Source of the DNA: Balanoglossus misakiensis
Taxonomy: Eukaryota > Animalia > Hemichordata
NCBI GenBank assembly: GCA_040954595.2
Contig: CM082598.2
Coordinates: 7,083,097-7,147,096 of the forward strand
Direction of reading: 5' to 3'
DNA: 64,000 nucleotides
Shown here: positions 52,826 through 64,000 of the stretch, piece after piece
Numbering within the stretch: position 1 is the stretch's first letter
Layout: every line of letters begins with the position of its first letter
Position numbers and translations under genes: made by a program
The notes under the pieces: model-generated
Told to the model about the DNA's origin: nothing
The model's database searches: none
The model's input: the letters and a program-made list of their open reading frames with translations, nothing else

Positions 52826-55800
52826 TTAGACATTTACAGACTTAGCTAGACACGCACATAAAGCGATCAATGGTCAAACACTGACTAACCCATAAGCTGC
52901 CAGTGGTCAGCATACAATTAGGTATGCACAAAATAAAGTATGTTACAGAAATGTTCTTGTCCTTGCTGTGTATTGGAATGAAATCATTTATATAACTTAT
53001 CAGTAAACTTTTTTCTCATATTTTGCTCAAGGCAACTTCAGAAAATCCTGTCTTCAAATTGAAAATAAAAAGTGTCCTCAAACAAAAATTTAAACTTGTC
53101 ATCTCACAATTTTATCGAATTTTAAAATTAAAAAATGGCATCCGATCTGAATGGCTCTCTATAGGGAAAATTTAAACTAGTGGTTTAATCTAACACCATG
53201 TGTTTTATATTGAAACTGATCCGACCATTTCTAATTTTGACCATTTTTAAAAGTGGGCTGTGCTTGGTTACAATAACCTTGACCTTGGGTAGTTTTTAAA
53301 ACCTTGATATCAATTTTGAGAAAATTTAAGTAGTCAAGAATATGGCTGCCACCATGGGATGGGACACAGCAAACACAATGTTGCATTCCCCATTTTGAAT
53401 CTTTATAAACATTTAATACAATGTCATCCACTAAATCACATGAAAGTAAATGTACTCCAATGAGACATTAATGTTTCATTGCAATATTTCAATTTTTGGC
53501 CATTTTGTCACAAAATAAGTCTTACCTTGATATAGAGGCAATGTCATTTAATAGAGAATTTACTAGCATATTCCAAACTATTTAAAGCCTAAACAATTTT
53601 ATGCAGGTGCAAGCTCATGGGGACTTCAAATAATAAATTGACGTTTGTGGAAGGTACTTACATTTCTTGTAAAAATCGAAAATGTTCCCATGTTTCTAAA
53701 CTTTCAGAAAATATACACTTTAAGGGAATTTTGAGCTTAATTATTACCGACAAAATGCTAAGTTGAAAGAGTAAATTTCTTATGCTGAATAAATACAAGT
53801 GTCTCAGAAGAATGGGCCATCTGTTGACCCTCCTCATTTTTCGAAACTTCCAAAGTTTCAAATGCATGACTGTCTACTGTTAAGCATTCTATAATTTTGA
53901 TAAATGCCATATGTTGCAGGTTTTATTCAGTTAAGTACAATAGGGAAACAGGGCATGTTTAAAACCTCATTTTGGATTTTGTCAAAAAATCAAACTAAGA
54001 ACGCCATTAGAGAAACCCTACAAGTGTCAAGTTTGTGAATTGGAACACTCTGTGACACTTATGTGATATCGAGACAACGGCTGTCTGTTACTAACATTGG
54101 ACATGTTGTTTTGTTTAAGTTTGACTTTTAACAATGTTCCAATATCCGAGGTGCAGATTCATTTTGAATGTAATTTTGCAGCACTGTAAAGAACATAGAT
54201 GTACCGCTACGGTACGTCACTGATAAGAAGAGACAATGCTTTCATAATATAATTTAGGTTTAGTATCAATTTTTGTAACACGTGGAAACATTCAATGACT
54301 TTTAGTTACTTTTATCAGAGGCCTAAAAGCACTTACCAATGCTCACACGGTTTAATAGCAATCACTTACCCCCATCGTTATTGTTACCCTGACACAACTG
54401 GGCATTTGCCTATGATACATTTACCATGTCATCAACGTTGCGAGATGTTTTCCACACAATTAACTTTTCTCTGCAATTTTTAAACAATTATTGCTGAAAC
54501 TGTACTTACTGCATTGCAATGTACATACGAGATACTGGTGCAAGCATAGTTATTATCCTCTTCAAATTATGACAATAAAATAATGAATGAATTGTTTTCG
54601 TAAATTTGACTTCCAAACCACATAATCAGAAATGAATCATATTACAATTCAAATGTATGCATAGCAAAGTCAATCAACAATGGAATCCACAAGGGGCAAC
54701 AACTAACCCAACCCCCAACTTCCAACTTTTTGTGGAATGACCACTGGCTCAAGATTACCGTGACAAAAGTTATATGCAGACTATAGAAGTGAAAAATCCA
54801 ACACAAATACAGTTCAGATGTGTGGAGCTGCCTCCAACGAGTGGCGACATACGGCCAATCAGTAGCAAACTTGCTCAGCCTTAGGCTATTCAAAATCCAA
54901 ACAAAAATGATAAGAGTGACGCATTCAAATCTATTTGATCTCCAAACACGGAAGACAACAATTAATATACCGGGTAATATCTCGAGCGATGGTACTGTAG
55001 TTAGAATTACATACAGTGAACATGATAAAAAATGTTTCAAAATACAGCTGCTATGATCGATGTTGGTTACCGCCAGGTTGACGATGTTGTACGAACAACA
55101 TCGTCAATCTGGCAGCGCCCGCCATAACCATTGCAGCCGGAATACAGAGAGAGGTGTTACACTTACCGGAGCCGGCCCTGGTTTGAAGGATTTCTGGAAA
55201 GCAAGAAGCCGCCAAAATGTCATGGAATGCAAATGTGATACGTCATACAAAAGGAGTGACCACATGTGCGCCTTTGTGAATAGCAATACGTCACTGTACA
55301 ACACCTGCAGACTGTTTGGTCGCGTATCTCATCTCAGTCATGCAACATATATAGGTTATTTGCATATTACTATGCCAAACAGAGTGACCAGCTGTTCGTC
55401 TGCATAAATATCTGATCTTGTAATAGTGTAATCACGGAATAAACTTTCCTTATGTAAAAAAATAATACGTTCTCCTATATTTTGAGCTATTTGTTCAACT
55501 CCACCTCCACGCCACAAACTAAAATCAAATTGCCATTACATGTATATAAAGAAATAAAATCGTGTCCCCAAATCCAAAAATTTCGATACACATAGTACAA
55601 CAACTCATTTGAATGTCAAGACTTGGAGACACAACAAAACAGCTAATGAAAACTTCTCCGCTACTCATATAACAAATCCGATATTAGGCATATAAATAAA
55701 TTCGTAGATTCAAACATACAAATTGTTTTTGTTTTTTTTTTAATTTAAGCCTTCATACCTTCTTGGCATTCACCATAAATCGTTACTTCCATGATGGCGA

Positions 55801-56071
55801 ACGAGGTTGGAGTAGTGAAGTGCGTTTACTAAGTCCGTATGAGTTGTAAGGAGTACGTTCGAAACCCTGTTATGTGCCAACATGTACTTCGTTTTTTTTT
55901 CTTTGTTATTTTTTCTTCTCCCTCACCTGTGGTGTTGGTGACCCATAGTTTCTAAAACCTAACGCACTATCCAGTCGATAGGGGTAAGAAAAACTACATC
56001 ATCCATAACATTTTTAATGTTTTTTTTTTTTTCTGAAGATTACATATCAATGAGTATATGTGAAGAATATC

Positions 56072-56305
56072 GCCGTATGTCACCACTCGTTTGAGGCAGC
56101 TCCACACATCTGAACTGTATTTGTGTTGGATTTTTCACTTCTATAGTCTGCATATAACTTTTGTCACGGTAATCTTGAGCCAGTGGTCATTCCACAAAAA
56201 GTTGGAAGTTGGGGTTGGGTTAGTTGTTGCCCCTTGTGGATTCCATTGTTGATTGACTTTGCAACATATGGCATTTATCAAAATTTAAGAATGATTAACA
56301 GTAGA
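56072..56305 (+). repeat. 234-bp direct copy of 56,878-57,111 at the inner junction of the right arm
   Basis: GCCGTATGTC...TTAACAGTAGA at both loci, constant offset 806. Confidence 0.93.
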
Positions 56306-56311
56306 GTGACG

Positions 56312-59300
56312 TTACAAGATCTGATATTTATGCAGACGAACAGCTGGTCACTCTGTTTTGCAAAGTAATATGCAAATAACCTATATATGTTGCATGACTG
56401 AGGTGAGATACGCGACCAAACAGTCTGCAGGTTGTACAGTGTAGTATTGCTATTCACAAAGGCGCACATGTGGTCACTCCTTTTGTATGACGTATCACAT
56501 TTGCATTCCATGACATTTTGGTGGCTTCTTGCTTTCCAGAAATCCTTCAAACCAGGACCGGCTCCGGTAAGTGTAACACCTCTCTCTGTATTCCGGCTGC
56601 AATGGTTATGGCGGGCGCTGCCAGATTGACGATGTTGTTCGTACAACATCGTCAACCTGGCGGCAACCAACTTCGATCATAGCAGCTGCATTTTGAAACA
56701 TTTTTTATCACGTTCACTGTATGTAATTCTAACTACAGTGCCATCGCTCGAGATATTACCCGGTATATTAATTGTTGTCTTCCGTGTTTGGAGATCAAAT
56801 ATATTTGATTGCGTCACTCTTATCATTTTTGTTTGGATTTTGAATAGCCTGAGGCTGAGCAAGGTTGCTACTGATTGGCCGTATGTCGCCACTCGTTTGT
56901 GGCAGCTCCACACATCTGAACTGTATTTGTGTTGGATTTTTCACTTCTATAGTCTGCATATAACTTTTGTCACGGTAATCTTGAGCCAGTGGTCATTCCA
57001 CAAAAAGTTGGAAGTTGGGGTTGGGTTAGTTGTTGCCCCTTGTGGATTCCATTGTTGATTGACTTTGCAACATATGGCATTTATCAAAATTTAAGAATGC
57101 TTAACAGTAGACAGACAGTCATGCATTTGAAACTTTGGAAGTTTCGAAAAATGAGGAGGGTCAACATATGGCCCATTCTTCTGAGACACTTGTATTTATT
57201 CAGCATAAGAAATTTACTCTTTCAACTTAGCATTTTGTCGGTAATAATTAAGCTCAAAATTCCCTTAAAGTGTATATTTTCTGAAAGTTTAGAAACATGG
57301 GAACATTTTCGATGTTTACAAGAAATGTAAGTACCTTCCACAAACGTCAATGTATTATTTGAAGTCCCCATGAGCTTGCACCTGCATAAAATTGTTTAGG
57401 CTTTAAATAGTTTGGAATATGCTAGTAAATTCTCTATTAAATGATATTGCCTCTATATCAAGGTAAGACTTATTTTGTGACAAAATGGCCAAAAATTGAA
57501 ATATTGCAATGAAACATTAATGTCTCATTGGAGTACATTTACTTTCATGTGATTTAGTGGATGACATTGTATTAAATGTTTATAAAGATTCAAAATGGGG
57601 AATGCAACATTGTGTTTGCTGTGTCCCATCCCATGGTGGCTGCCATATTCTTGACTACTTAAATTTTCTCAAAATGGATATCAAGGTTTTAAAAACTACC
57701 CAAGGTCAAGGTTATTGTAACCAAGCACAGCCCACTTTTAAAAATGGTCAAAATTAGAAATGGTTGGATCAGTTTCAATATAAAACACATGGTGTTAGAT
57801 TAAATCACTACGTTAAATTTTCCCAATAGAGAGCCATTCAGATCTAATGCAATTTTTAATTTTAAAATTCGATAACATTGTGAGATCACAAGTTTAAAAT
57901 TTTGTTTGAGGACACTTTTTATTTTCAATTTGAAGACAGAATTTTCTGAAGTCGCCTTGAGCAAAATATGAGAAAAAAGTTTACTGATAAGTTATATAAA
58001 TGATTTCATTCCAATACACAGCAAGGACAAGAACATTTCTGTAACATACTTTATTTTGTGCATACCTAATTGTATGCTGACCACTGGCAGCTTATGGGTT
58101 AGTCAGTGTTTGACCATTGATCGCTTTATGTGCGTGTCTAGCTAAGTCTGTAAATGTCTAAATAGTCCTGTTTCAAAATGACCTACATTAAACGTCCTAT
58201 ACACATTTATTACATGTTCTGATTGGTTTATCCGCTTCTCTAAGGTCCACTTGTGGCACGCTGATTGGAGGGACCTTATGTGTTAGGTCTTATTACTATG
58301 TATTATTCACCAGACCTTGTAGGTTAGGTCTTATTACTATGCATTATTCACTTTACAGCTCCCTGATTGGTCAATGTGTAGGTCTGGTCCTCCAGTGTTC
58401 ACTGCCTGATTATGGAGGACCTTGTCGGTTAGGTCTTATTAATATGTATTTATTCACCATACAGCTCCCCGATTGGTTAACGTGTCAGTCTGCTCCCCCA
58501 GTGTTCACTGCCTCATTGTGAAATGTCGCATGTGCTTCCTGGCTAGGCTGTGGTAACACATTATTCAGGATGTCCGCAGATCGTTCATTGATTTTCTGAG
58601 AAATAGCCTGACTGATACTATCACTAACATAAACCACACCCTGGAAAGATTAAATTATCTTTTAGATGGACTTTGAAAATCTGATTTACTTAACTAAGCA
58701 TTTTTGGTAACAGTTGGTGTAATACTACTATTTTTTAATCACCCTCCTACTTCTCATCATCAATATTATTATTATTGTTATTGTTATTACTATTTTAATG
58801 TAAATTTGTTTTGACGAAGACGTTGTGATAAGGAGCACGTTGACGGTTTATGAATTTGTATATTGTTTCCATAAAAAGTTAGGGAACTATGACGGTGCAA
58901 CTTCGTGAACGAAGTAAAATTTAGAAGTGATCATACCTGTAAAGCAACTAATGAGTGTCCCAAAGCAATGCAATGGTATTCTAAGCATTTCTATTGTAAG
59001 ATATTTTTGGTTTGCTCGAATGAATAGCACACACTTCGTATTCAGCCAGGTGTTACACGAAGTGATGTGCTGAATTGCATTACGTAACAAAACACTAGCC
59101 CAATTCAACAAACCGCCACTGGAAATAAAATAAAAAAATCTCCTGGCAATTTTTATTTCGAGTATCTAGTTCACAGTATCACATAAAATGCCATGAATAG
59201 TAAAGGTAAAGGTGAAATCCAATCATTATACGAGTGCCTTTCTTTATACACTGGGATCGAGCTTCGACCACGCGCAGGCTGCATGCCAGACAGTATAGGA

Positions 59301-60567
59301 CACATGTATTCAGAAAGTACAAAGGACTTTGCATAACGAGGCAGTGAAAACTGGAGACCTACACATTAACCAATCAGGGAGCTGAAAATTGAATAAATAC
59401 ATATTACTAAGACCAAACCTACAAGGTCCTGCATAATGAGGCAGTGAACACTGGAGGACCAGACCTACACATTCACCAATCAGGGAGCTGTAAAGTGAAT
59501 AATACATAGTAATAAGACCTAACACATAAGGTCCCTCCAATCAGCATGCCGCAAGTGGACCTAAGATTACCAGATCTACCAATCACAGATGTCGGTACAT
59601 ATGTCATGGACCTGACTTATGAAACAGGACTAATGGGACCACCGTGTCCTTGACGTGATTTTAAATTATGGAATTGAAAGTCTGTGTAACTAACATCTGT
59701 GAGAGTGACTGAAAAACAGTGAATTGTGAAATGAAGCATGCTAAAAATTATCTTTTCAATGTGGAAATAGACCGCCCTCACCAAAAGCAATTAAGAGAAT
59801 TTTTAATACTTAATTCAATACTTAATTGCTTCATCCCTTTCAGCACTATGGTTTGTCCCAAATCAATTGATCACTATGGTAACAGTAGACCTGTACACAG
59901 GGAACGGGGGTTAAAGTGTAAAATCTCCAAATAGGGGTAATGTTTGACTAGTTTTTCAGTAATTTAGTTTTGTGTGTTAACTATAATAGTTAATTGTTCA
60001 AAGTCTAGATACATGATGAAATGCAAAGTATTTTGTTTATCAGTGCAGCCTTTGCATAATAACCCTTGAATTCAACTTTCAACAACAAGGCTGCCTTGTA
60101 CACGAAGAGGCTGTGTTTTGCAAGCTTAACACTGGGTATTTCATCATGCTACAACCCGGAAATTGTAGTTGATACACAGAACATAAAAATGTTCAGTTTT
60201 AATACCTACTGATTGGGAATGACATCTGTTTCAATTTATTTTCATGGATCTCTATTTTTCATTTTTAAAAAGACAGATAGGTGATGTTTCGCTGTGTTAA
60301 AATGGTCAAATCGGTTGTAGGGTTAATGATAGGCCAAACAAAGACTGGGGCACAATTTGGTTTTGTAGGAAATTATTTTTCTCCTAGTAATTTTTTGTTG
60401 ACCTAGATCTTTGAAACTGCTGCAGGTACAGTTCTGAAACTTGCCACAGTAGTCAGGGTCAATGAGTACCCACACATCAAACCCTTGAATTTGTTATGTA
60501 CTAAATTGTTTTCCATTCTTTTTTTTCTGTAGGTCCCACTGGTACTCCTCTTTCTCTCTTTCTCACT

Positions 60568-60598
<31 letters not shown>

Positions 60599-63500
60599 GA
60601 GGTAAAGTAACATGTATGAATACAAGACAAGGTGAGCGTGATACGAAACTTAATAGTTAAAGGAATCAATAATGAAGGTTAATAATTCGTGGCGATGGCT
60701 CTTGCTAAAATTGGGTTAACAGAAATGGCTTGTATGATGGCTATGATAATATTATAATAAAGGGGAACAAATTTAAAGGGTTTAATAATTGCTTGAAAAT
60801 TGAGTGTACACAGGGTTAAATGAAAAGTTAACAAATGTGATGATGCCTAGTGGTAAAATTTGAGTGTACATGGGTTATAATTGCTTTGATGAAGGGTATG
60901 ATAAAAGGTAAACAAATGGGTAACATACGTGGAGGGCTTAAGAAAAGGTTAACATATGTGTTGATGGCTTGTAGGAAATTGAGTGTACACAGGGTTAAAT
61001 AAAAAGTTAACAAATGTGATGATGCCCAGTGGTAAACTTTAAGTGTACATGGGTTATAATGGGTTAACAGCAATCATCAATTGGTTTTATGAAGGGTATG
61101 ATAATTGGTTAACAAAAGGGTAACACATGTGGCGGGTTTAAGAAAAGGTTAAACATGTGTTGATGGCTTGTGGTTAAATTGAGTGTACACAGGTTGTAAT
61201 GAGTTAACAGCAATTGCTTGTATGAGGGTATAAAATGGTTAATGAATAATAAGGGTTTCATGAAGGTTAAGACTTGTGAAGGGTATAACAAAGGTTAACA
61301 GATGTGGTGATGGCTTTTGTTGGAATGAATTGTACAGAGGGGGTTAATATTGATGGTGATGTCTAAGGAATAATAATGATAAAACTGTTAAATAAGTGAC
61401 AGGGGTATAATGATCATAATGGTACATTCATTGGTTAATGTGTATATTTTATGAATAACATGCTATTGTTTCTCAGATAGGTCATACTTTGGATTTTTCC
61501 ATGCATGTCGTCATCATGGTTCGGTGGAATTCTTCGCAATGGTACCCGTGATCGTTTTCGTGCATCGGCACATTGATCGTGACAGACACATAGAAAATGT
61601 TGACACGTGACTTGCAGGTGTAATCTTAGGTTATCTTAACCTCCCCATCCCATCCAAATTCCAAATTTAGCTTGCCGTGAGGTCATGAGATGAGAGGAGG
61701 AGAGGTCAGTTTTTTTTCCTCTTTTGTAATTGGTCAGAGGTTTTTTAACTGCCCTTTAGGCGCGTAAATTAGATATGTAATCACACATGTAGTTATCTTG
61801 CTTTAAATCAAAACAATTATGAAATAGCTCTGCAAGATTATGTACACAATAGTGTGTTATATAATGCTAACCTAAAAGTAATAGTAACCCACTAACACAC
61901 CACTCTATTGTGGGCATTATCAGCAGATGCTATTTTTGTACTGGCCCATTGTTACAGTTCCACCACATGACACAATGTTTAAAAAAGAGCAGTTAATTTC
62001 TCTCAGTTTAGCTAATTGACAATTTTTTCAAATTGGCCTGCAAGGTATACTACATGAACCCCCCCCCCCTTCCCCCGCGATTTTAGGGATTAATCACTCG
62101 CTATATTATGAACATTCACATGAAAATTATGCAACCAAATTGAAGGTATTCTGGAGGCATCTTCTGATGTCAGGTGGTTCAAATCTACCAATACCTAAGC
62201 TGGAAACATAACTTTTCATTGGTGTTCGTATATGGCGAATAAAAAAAATAGCGTCAAGGACACTGTGGTCCCATTTGAGGACATAGCACATAGCAACATA
62301 GCAATAAGCATATCAGCTCTGGATACCAAGATATGGAAAAGTAGGCCAAAGGTCACCTGAGGTCATGCAGAATTTGGGCAAGAAATTTTGACCCTATACT
62401 GGTCCATGTTCAATAAAAACCAAACCTATAGCCCTATTGGTTAGCCTGGAATTAGGTATGCACATAATTAATGAGATATGCAGGTGTCACAGGTGACCCC
62501 TAATTTTGGCTTTTCAATTTTAGTCCCAACCCTCCAAACGCCAAGTCTGTACCTGCTCTGGATGCCAAGATATGATAAAGCAGGTCAAAGGTCACCTGAG
62601 GTCATGCAAAATTTGGGCAAGAAATTTTGACCTTATACTGGTCCATGTTCAACAAAAAACAAACCTATAGCCCTATTGGTTAGCCTGGAATTAGGTATGC
62701 ACATAATTAATGAGATATGCAGGTGTCACAGGTGACCCCTAATTTTGGCTTTTCAATTTTAGTCCCAACCCTCCAAACGCTAAGTCTGTACCTGCTCTGG
62801 ATGCCAAGATATGATAAAGTAGGTCAAAGGTCACCTGAGGTTATGCAAAATTTGGGCAAGAAATTTTGACCTTATACTGGTCCATGTTCAATAAAAACCA
62901 AACCTATAGCCTTATTGGTTAGCCTGGAATTAGGTATGCACATAATTAATAAGATATGCAGGTGTCACAGGTGACCCTCAATTTTGGCTTTTCAATTTTA
63001 GTCCCAACCCTCCAAACGCCAAGTCTTTACCTGCTCTGGATGCCCAGATATAGGAAAGTAGGTCAAAGGTCACCTGAGGTCACCCCAAATTTGGGCAAGA
63101 AATTTTGACCCTAAACTGGTCCATGTCCCACAAGAACGAAACCTCTAGCCCAATTAGTTAGCCCGGAATTAGGTATGCACATAATTAATGTGTTAAGCAG
63201 GTGTTACAGGTGAGCCCAAAAATTTGTCTTTTATTTTGGCCCCATTGTGCTCACTGACCAATAGACAGTCACTGTACAGGACTATTGCACAGACCAGAAT
63301 TCCACAATAAGACGTGGACATAGCTTAACCATAGAGGTATAAGTAAAGGTATAAATTTAATGAAAAGACTAAAAAATTCATAAAAAATAAAACATCCATG
63401 ATATCAACTCAACACTTACAGGTCAGTGTGAGGTTGACATAAGGTACATGCATACCAATTTTCAAAGCAATCTGACCAGTAGTTGTTGACTTACAGAGTT

Positions 63501-64000
63501 TTGATCAATTTCACATTTTTCCAGCTAATTTGCATATTTTTGGGCCTGGCAACTTCGTTTGGACAAACTCCCATCTACAGCCCTGCCTGCACCTACACAC
63601 CAAATATTGAGGTGATACGCGCAGCGGTTTTCAAGTTTTTGATGTGGACGGACATACAGACATACATCCATACATCCATACATCCATCCATACATACATA
63701 CAGACGCAACCCATCCCATAAGGTCCCATGGTATATAGGCCTATACCAATGGGACCTAAAAAATATATTCTTTTCTCATATTTTCAGAAATAAACAATTT
63801 GAAGAAGATTCTTTTTGATATGTCCTTCTAAAACAACTTGTATCCTATTTAGCCACTTTAGGCCTACTCAACAAAATGCTGTGTTTACATTTACCATTAA
63901 TAAGTCCTATTTTTACCTGTATATCATGTAAAAATCGAATCATGCAACTGCACATTATGCGATCAGGATTGACATTCTTGAAGTCAATAATAAACTGATC
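56312..64000. repeat. Right arm of the giant inverted repeat (continues to the window end)
   Basis: Reverse complement of 48598-55423, apart from an absent 748-bp segment, an extra 82-bp segment (61554-61635), a 13-bp extra near 61080 and the HINE insertion. Confidence 0.98.
62249..63757 (-). mobile_element. Non-autonomous Helentron-type element (HINE), copy 2, with 4 central 239-bp units
   Basis: Same termini as 34284-36100. Repeat units at ~62314, 62553, 62792 and 63031. Intact terminal hairpin AGGTCCCATGGTATATAGGCCTATACCAATGGGACCT. Empty site visible in the left arm at ~48821-48850. Confidence 0.88.

Larger units (their letters stand above)
48598..55423. repeat. Left arm of a giant inverted repeat (outer limit set by the window end)
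   Basis: Reverse complement of 56312-64000. Mirrored track ORFs 49918/60828, 51055/59719, 51449/59310, 51878/58887, 52466/58339, 53231/57557, 54820/56677 and 55104/56432. Position 48598 pairs with 64000. Confidence 0.98.

Noticed and set aside
54642-57330. Mirrored 110-130 aa ORFs at the palindrome centre as real genes
   Set aside because: They overlap on both strands, differ by frameshifts between arms and show no recognisable domain.
48598-64000. Palindrome arms as TIRs of a Polinton/Maverick or foldback transposon
   Set aside because: The spacer is only ~890 bp with no integrase/polymerase, the arms are not modular foldback repeats, and the outer ends are not visible, so no TE call can be supported.

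Overview
Eukaryotic (animal, probably marine invertebrate; taxon is an inference) repeat-rich window at the edge of a satellite array. Bases 1-~38,900 are an AT-rich tandem satellite of interspersed ~79-bp and ~88-bp monomers with nested higher-order duplications (7,015-7,017, 1,269, 906, 662, ~860, 1,322 and 237 bp). The array decays and accumulates insertions toward its right edge: a Helentron/HINE-like element carrying a nested long-hairpin element, a TTAA-flanked Kolobok-like element, and TTAA-ended fragments. Immediately beyond the array is a spliced, apparently disrupted, divergent cyclin-box gene (~39,460-45,933), with a MITE at a splice donor and a 5'-truncated LINE in an intron. Next come a decayed DIRS/Ngaro-type retroelement (RNase H and tyrosine recombinase remnants) and a 141-bp minisatellite. 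The last ~15.4 kb (48,598-64,000, running off the window) is a giant inverted repeat with ~6.1 kb of shared arm sequence around an ~890-bp spacer. Its arm-specific indels, a templated 234-bp copy at the inner junction and a one-arm HINE insertion allow events to be ordered. Nearly all short ORFs in the supplied track are artefacts of repeats.
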